From Eledone cirrhosa (taxonomy: Eukaryota), in assembly GCA_964016885.1 (NCBI GenBank), contig OZ024741.1, positions 390,724,001-390,788,000 on the forward strand: a DNA stretch of 64,000 bases, written 5' to 3'. Under the pieces are notes generated by a model. The model did no database searches. It worked only from the letters and a program-made list of their open reading frames with translations, and had not been told where the DNA came from. Positions 37,448 to 50,815 of the stretch are shown here, piece after piece; within the stretch, counting starts at the first letter, position 1, and every line of letters starts with the position of its first letter. Made by a program: the position numbers and the translations under genes.

Positions 37448-38580
37448 GTAAAAAGAAATAATTCTACCTGTTATTTTCATGTTCAAATACTCCTGCAAAG
37501 TTTAGTAGAATGTAAAACACATGTAATATATATGTTATATTAGGGCTGTATATGGAGGTGTATGCAATGTTGATATACAATAAATATACAACAGTCTCAC
37601 TACGAATATTTGAAGCGGTGATCATGTCACTGCTATCTCAGGAACTGGTGAGAATGCCAAACAGCTGTTTCTGTGTTTTTTCATCCTTCATCAGTGACTA
37701 AAAGTTGATGGAAACCTTGGAGTGGGGAGAGCCAAAAAGACCTGGGATGAGGTGATAAAAGCTGACCATGACCAATTGAACCTCTCAAAGGCGATGACAC
37801 AAGACCGTGACCCCTGGCGTTACGCAGTAATACAGAAGACCCGACTTCCCAAGGGTACAAGCTGAAGTATATAGACAGTATTCCCCTACTCCCTCTCATT
37901 GTAAAGTGGTTGTGTAGGTGTCACAACAAAAAAACAACCAGTCCACATTCAGATTTGCAGCGTATTGCTGGAGAGCTAAAGATGAAATTGATTATGAAGT
38001 TCTTTTGTGGGCACCTACACAAGGAAAACAAGCCAAGACCTATATTAAGCAGAGTTGTGACAACAAACTGGAATCCCTCTGACCTACCGAATATGATGAA
38101 TAATAGAATTGGATGGTGACAGAGAGTTAAGGGAATACAGTGCAACCTATTGATATAACTACTGAATTAGAAGCCTTAAATATGAAAAGTGGGAACATTT
38201 TCAATTATTCTTCCATCCACAGAAAAGTGTAATATTTTGTTTTGAGCTAGCTATTTTAGAACTTGATGCCTTTTTCTAATGTTAAATTGTTCAGCTGTGA
38301 AGTAAACTGGAATTTATAAGGTACAATGTGTGTAGTCAAGTATCCATAACAGTTATGTCTTGACTTCTTGTAGGTAAGACTGTTTTACTCTTCTCTTTTA
38401 ATAAAAACAATTTATTTTATTGATTTGTATTGATTTTAACCAAACTCAAATTCATCCTTGTATAAATTCAAATTTTACTTAGATAGTTACTGATTAACAT
38501 GTTTTAATGTGAATCCAGCTACAAATGCATCACTATATTTTCTTTTTATTTATGTGTTCACATATTTTTTTTTTTCATAG

Positions 38581-38748
38581 AGACAGATCTGAGTTCTTGC
38601 AAAACCCACGTCTACGAGATAAAACAAAAGTTGAAGGTGTCAACAACCAGATTTTGTATGCTGTGTTTGTATCCTATGTTGAAGTTTATAATAATGCAGT
38701 GTATGATTTGTTGGAAGAGCTGACCTCTGATCCTATTGTTGGCTACAA
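38581..38748 (+). CDS. KIF23: KIF23 exon 8 (YAVFVSYVEVYNNAVYDLL)
   Basis: catag|...|gtaagt, 168 nt. Confidence 0.93.
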
Positions 38749-40353
38749 GTAAGTATATTTCCTCGGTATTCTGTTGAATTGGCCTACATATAGCCAAATA
38801 ATTAAATCAACCATGGATGGCCAAATCAGTAAGCAGTTGTATTAAGAATCATAGAGATTGTCCCTGATTGTATAGAACTGATGCCACACAATTCAAGCTG
38901 AACACCTAGTCCCTCTCAGTTTGTAAACCAACCCACATCCTACATGTGGTGCCTCTGATATAGCTATCATGGGATAGTCTAGCAGAACAGGTCAGATCTA
39001 GAGGAGTAAACCTCAATAAAAATCCTGCTTGTTTCATAGTAAGCAGTAGTTCATGCGACGACCATCAGTTTAATTAGATGATCTCAGCTATTAATTCAAC
39101 AATGGCTCCAGTTAGCGGAGAAATCTATGAGTATTCAGGTGTGGGGAGCTGCATATATTCTATCCTTTAACAACAGCTATGCTTCACTTTCAATGGCAGG
39201 ATGATTCAAGAAGAGAAGTATAGGTTGGATGAGTCTTCTTCATCAGTGTATTGTCACATTTTGCACCTTTGTCATTTTTGTAAGCTCACAGTTTTCTTAG
39301 TTCAGCTTCTATCCCTCTTTCCATGTCTTCTTTGATTTCCCTCCTATGTAGTTCTTTTTAACTTGTATCATTTGACACTTCTTTACCCAACTGTCATCCT
39401 TCATATCTATTATATATCCAGACCAGCTGAGTCTTCTCTTGTACACTACACTATATTTCTTTTCCACTCAGCTTTTCTTAGCTCATTTATGCTCTGCTGC
39501 TCATGTATGAATGTTACACATTCAGCAGAGCATGTTCACCTAATTTCTTTTCAGCCTTCACACATTCTTTGCATTTAATGCCCATTTTTACACCATGCAA
39601 CATTACACTTAGCCAAACATGGCTTTGGTTCCTATTGAAATCAAAATCTAACAAGTTTATATAAGAACCATATATTAAGTTACTATCTTAGTAATAAAAT
39701 AATTAAGAATTTTAGTAAATCCTTCAAAATTATTCATTAAGTGTTTAAAATGGGGTATATTTCATTAGAAATGTGACCATAAAAAGTTTAAGCCATAAAA
39801 AGAAACTAGCAATTATTTTCAAATTTTTCAGAGGTCAGTCATTTTAAAGTAAATACTAGAGGAGTTATTCTTTATAATAAGTGCAATTGTTAAATAAGAT
39901 GACATCTACCTGAAAAATACTACCAACAAGATTAAATGTTCAGATTCGTCACTAATTTCCTACCGGTATGGAGAAATAAATAATATAGTAGTACAGAAGT
40001 TAGGTTGAATTGTATAAAAGTGAAAAGTAGATTGCTGGTACACAGTGTACCATTCTGAGCATCATAATCTCTTGGTTTTTGTTAACTCTTTTTGATAGTT
40101 TGGTAGTGCAAAAATGTTTGTTTTGAAATGTTTCTATCTATCTAAATGTTCTGTATATTCATCACTACCACATAATGACATAGCATACAGAATATATTAA
40201 AATGTGGCTGGCATTAGGAAGGGCATCCAGCTGTAGAAAGCAAGCCCAAATATAGATCTGTATGAGCATGATGTGGTCTCCAGACCTGACTTGCCTCATA
40301 ACATGGCAACCTGTCTAATCCATGCAAGCGTGGAAAATGGATGTTAAATGATG

Positions 40354-40570
40354 AAAGAAATGCATAAAACTTCACCTCCACAGGTGATATTCCAGTAAAT
40401 GCAAATTTCTTCTTTGGGGTTTCCCCCTCCCCAAAAAGAAAAGAAATGAGAGCAAAACATTGATATTGAGAATTGCAGTCATTAGCTCCCCAGATCAGTA
40501 TTATAGATGCTACTTTAAACCTTTTTATGCCAAACTGATCGAAACTACTCTTCATTCTATGAAACAAAAC
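40354..40570 (-). pseudogene. Inverted duplicate of KIF23 exon 2 plus flanking intron, inside intron 8
   Basis: Reverse complement matches 27057-27161 + 27531-27650. ORF track 40214-40567(-) contains ETPKKKFAFTGISPVEV. Confidence 0.92.
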
Positions 40571-40609
40571 TGTTTTGAAATGTTTATATTTATCTAAAAC
40601 CTGTCATAA

Positions 40610-42049
40610 TCTATATATATATAAAATGCTTTGTCTGTTTCCTTATACATTCTCAAATGGCTCGATCAAATTTTACAAGGTAATAGTATTATACCCCAGG
40701 ATTAACATGTAATTTTTATTTTCATTTGGATTAAAACATAACATTTTATCTAAAATAATCTTTCTATAGTCAACTATATAAAACAGACATTTTATAACAC
40801 TACAACGACGACGATGTCACATTTTGGTATGTGAGTGTGTGTGTGTGTTTGTTATGTACATTAGGTCTTAGTAAGGTGCATACACATCTTCACGTAAATA
40901 TTTAATCAGATACACAGAACTAAACACACACATACATATACACATGTGGTGACTGACAAGTATATGTATGTGAGAGTGTTTGTGTGTGTGAGTATACATG
41001 CATTTCTGTGACGACTGACATAACGAACACATACACACACATCTAAAGAGAGAGAGACACAGGGAGAGGCAGAGAGAGAGATAGGCTGTTATACAGAGAG
41101 AGAGAGAGACACAGGGAGAGGCAGAGAGAGAGATAGGCTGTTATACAGAGAGAGAGAGAGTAACGTCCCACAAAAGTCTAGAATCGGCTTAAACTATAGA
41201 TCAAAGTATCAATTGAATGTTTAACAATATTGTTAGCTTTTATAAAGTCGTTTTACACCAGTCTTTGATTTTACAGAACACAAAAAAAATTGATACTATT
41301 TGAAATTAATCTATGGTGTATATTAATTTAGCTTTTTGAGGATAGTGTCATATTATTATTGACCTAATTCAGAATATGAGACGGGGAAACAGAAAGGTTA
41401 AGACAACAAGAAAGACGATCGCAACTTTCTGAACGTGCACAGAACCTGAGACAGGAAACAGAAAGATTAAGGCAAGAAGAAAACCTATCGCAATAAACAG
41501 AGGTTCAATAGGAAAATCACTGAGAGTCAATGACAGTTGCAATGCAAACTCGACACACACAAACGACTCTTCAAGGCAGAATAAACTGACAAAGAAATAG
41601 AAATGATCCTAAAGTTGGAATTGGTAGCATGGATATTACACTTGGCATGTGTTGCTTAGGAGGGAAGGTCAGACTTCCACTGATAGAGGACCCTCCAGCT
41701 TTTATCCTTATACGGTTTACAGACCATTCTAAGGAAGCTAAACACTTCAGAAGTAATGTTATGCAGTATATTGCTGTGTTTCAGATGACATCTATTGGAA
41801 CTGACAAAGATCATACTGACTATGGTTATTTCACATTTAAAATCCAAGGCCAATGCTACCATTTAATCGGCAGTTTACTCACCCAGCCTAATAAGGAAGT
41901 TTTATGATTGTATTTTTTTTTTGTCTCTCTCTCACACATGCGCACACACACACACGTTATGTAAACCAGACAACACATCCAATAAAGTCGTTTTCTCTTT
42001 TATCTGTCTTATCTTAACTATTTTTCTGGGCAAAGCTGGGTACCTCAGT
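40610..42049 (+). mobile_element. Internally deleted Helitron with Rep N-terminal fragment
   Basis: 5' TCTATATATATAAAA. ORF 41629-41907 reads CC.GGKVRLP...FQMTSIG...FKIQGQCYHLIGSLL. Decayed 3' hairpin ctgggcaaagctggg. Splits an AT-rich MITE at an A|T site. Confidence 0.8.
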
Positions 42050-43265
42050 TTTATATAAGAATCTTTAAGTTGTATTCCAAATACCAAGTTAATAAAGAGA
42101 AAGTTATATTATGAAATTGCTACACATTTTTAATTATTAGAAAATTATAGGTAATGTCTTTCATTAGAAATATGATAATGAAAGGGTTAAAGTGTTTATA
42201 TTTATCTAAAAACCTGTCATAATTTTATGTAAGAACCTTTAAGTTATGTTTCAAACACCAGATTAATATTGAAAAGTTAGCTATAGCACTAAATCCTTTC
42301 AAATTCTTAATTATTTGAATACTACAAACAGTGTATTTCATTAGAAATATGATAATGGAAAAGGTTAAATCTGGTAAGACTACATAGTAAGTTTAAGTAA
42401 AAATTAATTTTTTTCTGGGTATTCTTTCTCCATAATACTATACTAGGACAGTTCTGCATGATGAAACTTTTGTATATGGATTTATAACTTGCCCTGGGTC
42501 TATCCAAGTGTCTCCAGCCAAGTTTGGTTGGTTTTGCTTGTAAAATCTGTCCAGTTCTTTCCTGAGATATTCTAACTACATGCCCATACTATTGGAGATG
42601 TGATCTCTCAATTTGGAGAAGTAGCGAATCTCCGATCCCCGAATTATGTACTCTATCAAGTAACATTACTCCAAAGATCCTCCTGAAGAACCCCATTTTG
42701 ACTGCTTGTATTTGCGATCATATTCTGGTCATTACCCAAGATTGGGTAATACGAATACCGAATTGAAACTAGTGAGTTGGATAATATCCATGAGCTCAGG
42801 TGGTCTCGTTTGGGTATCCAACCAGATCAATTAGAGGCAGTTGCTTCTGACAGGACCTGCTGGAAGGCATGCTTGAGGTCTATTCCACCACAACCCCCCC
42901 AGGAATAAGTGGATGAAGAAGAATTTATGAATTGTTGGTGTTGAAGTTAACTTTTTAATTAGAATCATAGTATAGCGCTAATCAGTGACCCCCTATGTCT
43001 CATGCAGTGCTTATTTGAGTTGTAATTCATCATCATCATCAATGTTTGTCTATTTTCCAGGATTGTATGGGTTAGATGTGTCGTGTTCTAAGTCTAGACA
43101 GTCTGATGACCATGTCTTGTTCACATGTTTCTTTTTTTTGCTTGGTGTCTATGACTGGATGCCCTCCTTAATGCCATGACAGATACTTTCTTACGACTAT
43201 TGAGTCATGTGTTATGTAACTTGCTTAAGCATTTAAGTGATATACAAGAAGTGTTTTTGTTTTAG

Positions 43266-43378
43266 GGCCCAGCAAGCTAAAATAATTCGAGAAGATAATA
43301 ACAAGATGATGTATATTCATGGTTGTAAAGAAGTTGAAGTGAAAAGTCCTGATGAAGCTTTCAATGTTATCTACAAAG
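43266..43378 (+). CDS. KIF23: KIF23 exon 9 (IIREDNNKMMYIHGCKEVEVKSPDEAF)
   Basis: tttag|...|gtcagt, 113 nt. Confidence 0.93.
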
Positions 43379-45015
43379 GTCAGTACATAAAGTGGGAGTA
43401 AACCACACACAGAAATACCCACACACATTAGTCTTCCTTGATGAAGGACACTATCTGAAACTACCTTTTCTTTCTCATATTTCTCCTAAATACTCAGTAT
43501 ATGTATATATGTGTACATGTGCGTAGAGAATAAAATAACTTATGTAAAAAAAAAAAAAAATCATTCTCATTGGATTTGAACACAGAATAGTAGCTTATCA
43601 CACTCAGAAAGATGGTGGCCAGCTTGTGTTTCATGGTTTTTAACGATAAATCATCATTTAACGTCTGCTTTCCCTTCTAGTAAAGATTAGATGGATCAAC
43701 ATAGACCAAGTCAGTACTGAAGTGGGGCTACTGAACTCCCAGACAGGCCAAGAGGTTTGAATCTCATTTACGTACAGTTATACATTCTATCAAGTGCAAA
43801 GAAGTTGTATCTTTTGACAGAAACTGAAGGGTCCTCCCAATCCCTTGTTTGGCTACTATGGCCATAGGGTTAGAATGTCAAAGAAAGGATTTTATGGGTA
43901 AAACCAACTGTCTGGAAAGCCAGAAGTTGACTAGGAGCAAAATGGTTAAATAACAAGCTCGAATGAGTCTTGTTCGTAGATACAGCTGAATCATTTGTAG
44001 ACAGTTGCTTCTGATAAGACCCTCTGGAAGGTGTGTCTAAGGACTGCCTTCATGACCCCTTCAAGAATTTGAAAAAAAAAAATACTTTGTAACATTTAAT
44101 GTCTGTGTATATAGTAAACATTTGGTGGATGTGAAAAAGGAAAACCGTGCTCAATCTGGTATGAAGCTTCATCACCATTTAACATCCGTTTTTCCACGCT
44201 AGCATGGGTTAGATGAGTTGTCCTGTTGTGAGATAGGCCAGGTCAGATGACCATGTCTTGCAGATACAGAATTGATTTTGGTTTGATTTCTACAGCTGGA
44301 TGCCCTTCCTAATACCAACCACATTTACAGTGAATACGAGGTGCTTTTTATCGTGACACCTACACGACCACTTTACAGTGTCGGCTGGGGACTGGTGGAA
44401 GAGATGCGTGGGGTTGGGGGGAGATGTGCAGAGGGGCGTGTATGTGGGGTGGTTGCCATCACAACCACTTTATAGGGTAGGCTGGAGACTGGTGGGGGGG
44501 GGGCTAGGTAGGTATAGAGGCATGTGTAAGGATCAGTGTTAGGATGTGGGAGGTGTATGTCATTTCTCACCCAGAAAAATTTGTAACACTATTTTTTGGC
44601 CTACAAGGAGTCTAGCTGACTCATCTCCGTCTAGTCTCTTGCATACAACACACAAATTTTCTTCCGCTCTAGCATTTCTACAATCTCTCCTGTGTTCACT
44701 TCGATGGAGCCAGTTCGGAAATTTGGGCATTTGCTGTCAATAGTAGAGGAGGAAGATGAGGGTGGGTGTATGCTTTCTGTATCTAAAATAAAGAAGGTTC
44801 GCATGGTCACCTGGGAATGCGTGGATTTATATTTTGGGTTGTTCCAATTTATTATATTATTTATTTGTGGTTATACATGGAACATAAGATTGTACTTGCA
44901 ATCTAGAGAGATGGTTATAATTAGACCGTGAAACCTTAGGTAATGCTTTTCTTCCGTGTATGAACATAAACAAATAATATAATATTTAATGTCTTATGTT
45001 TTTTAATGTTACTAG

Positions 45016-45137
45016 GTCAAAATCGGCGGAGAGTTGCTCGAACTGCTTTAAATGAATCTTCTAGTCGTAGTCACAGTGTTTTCAATATTCGTCTTGTACA
45101 AAGCCCATTAGACAATAGAGGAGATGAAGTGATTCAA
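45016..45137 (+). CDS. KIF23: KIF23 exon 10 (switch [12 protein letters not shown])
   Basis: actag|...|gtaagt, 122 nt. Confidence 0.95.
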
Positions 45138-46259
45138 GTAAGTTTCAATTTTCTTAAGTTTGTCATGAGTGCTTAAATAGCTAACATATTTACTCTCTAA
45201 TCCAATTTACAGCTTTGATTTGAAATAACTCAAGCATTGGTATCTTTAAATTTTACCTCACAAATTTAAGTTTACTCTTTTGTCTAGGTTGGCATTGATG
45301 GAGTGGTAAGAACATCTATTAATACATTAACATTCTCAGTGCTGTGGATGCTTGGGTCCTCTTTCTGCATGGCTCATTACACTGAATTATCTTTTCCTGA
45401 TAACTTTTAAAACTTTGCTTGCAGAAATTGACTATTTAAATACTTTCTTTTCTAAATTGTTTCCCTTCATTTTGATATTTTCCCTGTGTCGTTATTGCTT
45501 CACAATAGATGTGATTGATAAGTATAAGGTAAGTTGAAATATATAGAGCTATTTTGAAAGTTCTGTTTTTGTCTGAATATTTCCTTCATGTTAAATGTTA
45601 ACTTTCAAGGTTTACCAGATGAAAATAATTCGATCAGACTCGCATATCAAAGCCATAGATAATATTTTAAGGACATTTCATCTTAAGCATGAAAACGTTA
45701 TAAGGGAAGTGAAATAGAAAATTCTGACGTTCACACCAACAGAAAATTGTTAATATAATGGCATGCCTGATTCCTGCACCACATTTGACACTTCTGTTAT
45801 CTCTTTACCCTTTCTATTTCTATGGCTGTTTTAACTAGAAAACATTTTCCCTCACATTCTTTTGCAACACATCTTCAGCAGCTATTAATAATGATGTTTA
45901 AAAAAGAATAAAAATACATAAACTGTATTGACTTTTAAAAAATGTTTTATTAATGCCCGACTTTCACATGTGGTAAAAAATTATTAGTTGATTTTGTTAA
46001 TCAGTAAGCTCTTCTGCCATATTGATAAAGCATTTTGTATTTTTCTCATTTCTCATTTCAACATGCTTGCTGCTTTCATGACCATATTTCTAATGAAATA
46101 CTGTATTTCATTTAATTAATAAAGAATTTTGAAAGATTTACTAAAATTAGGATGATATTTGTAACATAATTTAAGAAACTGTTTTTATATAATTTTGTAA
46201 AATTTAAATAGGAATCTTAAAATAGCAGGTTTTGTTTCATAGAACCAAAGACAGTGTTC

Positions 46260-46735
46260 GTTTAATGTACCAGTTGAGTCTAAACAACGACAATTGCTTT
46301 GGTTGCAATTTCCCATTTCTATAGCTAACTCATTTGATATCAAGCCAATGGTTCCATTCATTTTGAGCAAATTTAATTTTTAGTGAATGGTAATTTCAGT
46401 AAAGATTAATTTTAAGCGAAATATATACTATCGTACATTTTGCAATGGACATTATTGTTTCAGATTGTGGCAAAAACAAAATAGCCTATAATGGTTTCAT
46501 CTATACAAAAGATAAAGCTACTCAAACCACAATTACATGGCATTGTGAAGAGTTGCAAAGGATGGTTGAGTACCTCATTTGAATACGAAAAGGATAGAAG
46601 TATATTTTTATTTTTATCAACTTCGCTCAAAGCACCTTTAATAAAACAGTTTGAAGTTCACTCAAACTGACATCACTTAATAGTCATTGCTCAAAATGCA
46701 CATAATTTTAACTTCGCTCAAACGACTGGATACGC
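46260..46735 (+). mobile_element. MULE-like remnant with FLYWCH zinc-finger fragment
   Basis: From 46445: MDIIVSDCGKNKIAYNGFIYTKDKATQTTITWHCE.. then frameshift to CKG; repeated cttcgctcaaa near the right end. Confidence 0.55.
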
Positions 46736-49046
46736 AAGTCAACAGAAACTGCCCTGGTTTTGTTACAAAGCTGCCCATTTTAAAATGTTCATACTTATAT
46801 TAAAATCTTTCATCATAGTTTCATTTGTTAAGCTATGTTCTGAACATTAACTTACCTATAAAAATGTTATTTTATTAATTTCCTCCAAATCATTTATTCT
46901 CAAATTAGTAATATGATAACAAAAGGGGTAACATAAAGGCAGATATACATTCACATATAATAAACATACTGTATCATTATCACCATCATTACCGTTTAAC
47001 ATTTTCTCATGATAGCATGGGTTAGATGAGTTGTCCTGTTGTGAGATTGGCCAGGTCAGAGGGTCATGTCTTGCTTATACAGAACTTATTTTAGCATGGT
47101 TTCTATGGCTGAATACCCTTCCTAATGCCAACCACATTTACAGCGTGTACTAGGTGATTTTTGTCGGGATACCTATATGACTATTTTACAGTGGGCCGGA
47201 TGCTTTTTGTTGTGTCACCCATGTGATCACTTTACATGGCTGGGCACTTTTTGTCGTGTTGCCATCATGGCCACTTTACAGTGGGCTAGGGACTTTGGTG
47301 GGGGGGGTAAAGGGGCAGAGTGTTAAGAAGTGGAAGGTGTATGGGAGGGCAATGGAGGTGAAGGTGGTGCATACTAGATGTGTGCTTCAGCCTGTGCTCA
47401 TGGGAAGGTGGGTCTTCTGCAAAGATCTTGGTCCTGTGTTATCGCCTGTAAGAGTTGCAATTGTGCAAGGTCAGCTTTTATCACCTCATCCCAAGTCTTT
47501 TACTCCATAGCTTCCATCAACTTTGAGTGCTCTGCACCTTTTTATACAGCTGTCATCTTTCACATGCTTTACTTTTCCGATGCAGTCTACTCTCCTGCAC
47601 AATGCATCTGATTCCCCTTATGCCTAGTCTTTCTCTCTCAGTTCGTTTATGCTTTGCTGTTCATATATATTGCTATTACACATCCATCAAAGCATGCTAG
47701 CTTAATTTCTTTCCAATCTTTGCAGGAAGTCAAAGGGATTAATATAAATGAATCATTACCCGTGGGTCACAACTCCTAGGCTGAAGTGTGTGGAGAAGAA
47801 CAGATTTTCTCTTGGAGGTGTTAACATCTTAGGCCCTTAGGCTGCCGGTTGCATTCTTCTTGGTGGCGAAGGATTATGAGAAAGGAATCATCTCATGATA
47901 AGGTCGCAGGTGTTGTTACTGCTTTGGGATTCCGGAGGCGAGAGAGCGAGATCGTCCTAACCTGTTCCTTTTATAGGGTCTGACCGGAAGTGACCAACAG
48001 GGTTCTATCACCCCAAAGGGAAGCAACTCCAGCTACTTCCTGTCTAGAGAGTGGTGATGAGATTGTCATGACAAGGGAGGCAACTCTTGCTACACACGTA
48101 TCATACAATCTGCCCTTCTTTTTGAGGGAAAAGCCTTTTGTAGCTAGCAGTGGTAGTAGCTTCCTGAACTTCTTCCATCTATTCACACTCTGGCTACTGT
48201 ACTTTTGGAACACCCACCTCTACTTCTAATTTGGTCACTCAGGTAGCAGAAGCTGTCTACACTTTTACTGAACCTTCTCAGAAGAGGTTAATTCTCTATA
48301 TCACTTTCTCACTTCTTTGCAAGAAATTGGCTGTGTTCAGACCTGGAGAGGAGATGAGCTCCATCATGTTTTTTAAAAATGATCAAGAAATGCTGTAAGT
48401 CACTACGTCACCCCTACGACTCCATCAGGAGTCACGGGTCCATATATACATTTAGGCAAAGTCAGTGTGGTCGAGCTTGACTGTCTGCAAACTAAGTTGT
48501 GAAAAGGAATCTGAATCCACAGTTGCTGCTGGTGGGAATGGAGAAAGGCACCTACCTATTATTTCTTTAGTTAGAATGAACCAGAATGATTCATATATAG
48601 ATGACAGAAGTAGTTGCAAGGTTAAAAAGCTTTGAGATTTTCAGCCAGTTAACTAACCCTATCAACATACATTTAAGACATCTAATTATTTCAGTTTACT
48701 ATAAAAAGTAGTTGTGTTGGTGACACAAAAAGCACTCATTACACACTGTAAATGTGTTTGGCATTAGGAAGGGCATTCAGCCGTAGAAACCAAGCCAAAA
48801 CCAGTTCTGTATGAGCAACGGGACAACTCATTGAACCTATGCTAGCATGGAAAAATGGATGTTAAACGGTGATGATGATGATATAACTGGAATAGGATGG
48901 CATGTTGAACAGTAATTGAAATTACATATGTATATTACTAAAGTAATTTTTTAGACACAAGAAAATTGGCCTGTTGTCTAATGTATCTTACAGTATCTTA
49001 TATATCTTGTGGTATTAATAAAGATGATTTTCTTTTTCTGTAATAG

Positions 49047-49149
49047 GAAGCAAACTCAATTTGTGTTGGGCAGCTGTCTTTGGTTGATTTGGCTGGTAGT
49101 GAACGTACTGAACGCACCAAGAATGTCGGTGAACATCTCCGAGAAGCAT
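49047..49149 (+). CDS. KIF23: KIF23 exon 11 (switch [11 protein letters not shown])
   Basis: taatag|...|gtatgt, 103 nt. Confidence 0.95.
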
Positions 49150-50194
49150 GTATGTTGTTTTATTTTTTATTTAGCTAAAGAAAATATGAAATTTACAGTT
49201 CCCACCTATGAGATTGCATCTCATAGGAGGTTTCTGGGTTGTTTTAGTGATAAGAGCCCTAGTATTATCATTTTCTTGTTACAGCTCTAGGTTTAGCTGA
49301 CCTAGAAAGTTGCATAGGACTGGGGCCCAGTTCTATCATGTTACAGCTTATATCTCTTGAGCTCCTACAAAGTTGCATCGTATAGGAGGTTTCTTAGATG
49401 TTTCCATGATAGGGATCCCAGACATATGAAAGGCAATGTGAAATAAAGCGTCTTGCTCAATAACACAATGCACCGCCTAATCCAGGAATCGAAACCATGA
49501 TCATACCATTAGGTCAAATGCTTTCATGTGGAGGAGTTTTGATTTTTAACTTCTAGTATGCTGGTTTGTTATTTGTAACGTTTATGTATGGGTTTTCATC
49601 CCTTCTAATTTGTAATCGTGAAATATAGTTATATTATGTAAGGATATTACATTCTGGAAATGGATTTGAAAATTAAAAATCTTCTTGCTCTTGAGGCACA
49701 TACAATAGCTTAACCTAATATGTTTGATTGTGGACTCTAGTTAACTTTGTGCACACTCTCATATATGACTGCATGAATGTGTATAGATCTACACATGACA
49801 CCTGTAGGTGAAGTGCCATGCTGCATGGTGAGACATGGCGAGTGAACACAGACTACATGCAGAGGCTGGAGAGAAATGAAGCAAGCATGCTTCAGTAGAT
49901 GTGCAATGTTAATGTGTGAAAATAACAAAGTATGGATGAACTGAACGAGAAACTGAGTATAAGAGGAATCGGAAGAAGCGTAATATGTATGGATGATGAT
50001 CGCTGGGTGAAGACGTGCCAAATAATCCCAGTAGAGGAACGTGACAAGTGGAGAGATGCTTTCCTAAGAAGGACCCGTCCAACCTATGCAAGTGTGGAAC
50101 AACAGATGGAAAATGACGATTGCATGAATGTTTCTTCATTTATGGTTGTTAACATAATTAATAATTTGAAGATGGTATCTTCGTTCATTTTCAG

Positions 50195-50274
50195 GCAAAA
50201 TCAACAACACTCTTATGACGCTACGAAACTGTATTGATATTCTCCGTGAAAATCAGAAATTAGGATCCAATAGG
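50195..50274 (+). CDS. KIF23: KIF23 exon 12 (INNTLMTLRNCIDILRENQ)
   Basis: ttttcag|...|gtttgt, 80 nt. Confidence 0.92.
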
Positions 50275-50815
50275 GTTTGTAGAATCATTTCTCTACTTTT
50301 ATTCTTTTACTGATTTCAGTTCTTAGACTGTTGTCGTGCTGGGGTATCACCTTCAAGGTTTTAGCCAAACATATTGACAAAAAGCACCTAGACCACCCTG
50401 TAAAATGGTTGTTTTGGTGACACGACAAAAAGCATCCAGCCCACCATGTAAAGCGGTCATGTTGGTGACACAACAAAAAGCACCCAGTCCTACCTGTCAG
50501 TTGTTTGTTTTGTTGACACGATAACAAATACCCAGTCAACACTGTAAATATGTTTGGTATTAGGAAGGGCACCCAACCGTAGAAACAAAGTACTACATAA
50601 TAATCTGATCTAACTTGTCTCATAAAATCGGAACAAATTGTCTAACCCATGCTAGTGTGGAAAAATTGACTTTAAACGTTGATGATATTGACATCAGTCT
50701 AATACTTATTTTATTCAATGGCTAAGTTATCGTGACTAGTAAATTCCTTATTAATTGAAATAGTATATATTTCACTAGAAATACACTCATGAAATGGTTT
50801 ATCTAATTAATAATA

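Noticed and set aside
42370-42384. tctggtaagactaca resembling part of exon 6
   Set aside because: Only ~11 nt, direct orientation; expected by chance.
43349-43365. CTGATGA in exon 9 as a hammerhead core
   Set aside because: Codes for PDE in KIF23; no downstream GAAA/stem arrangement.
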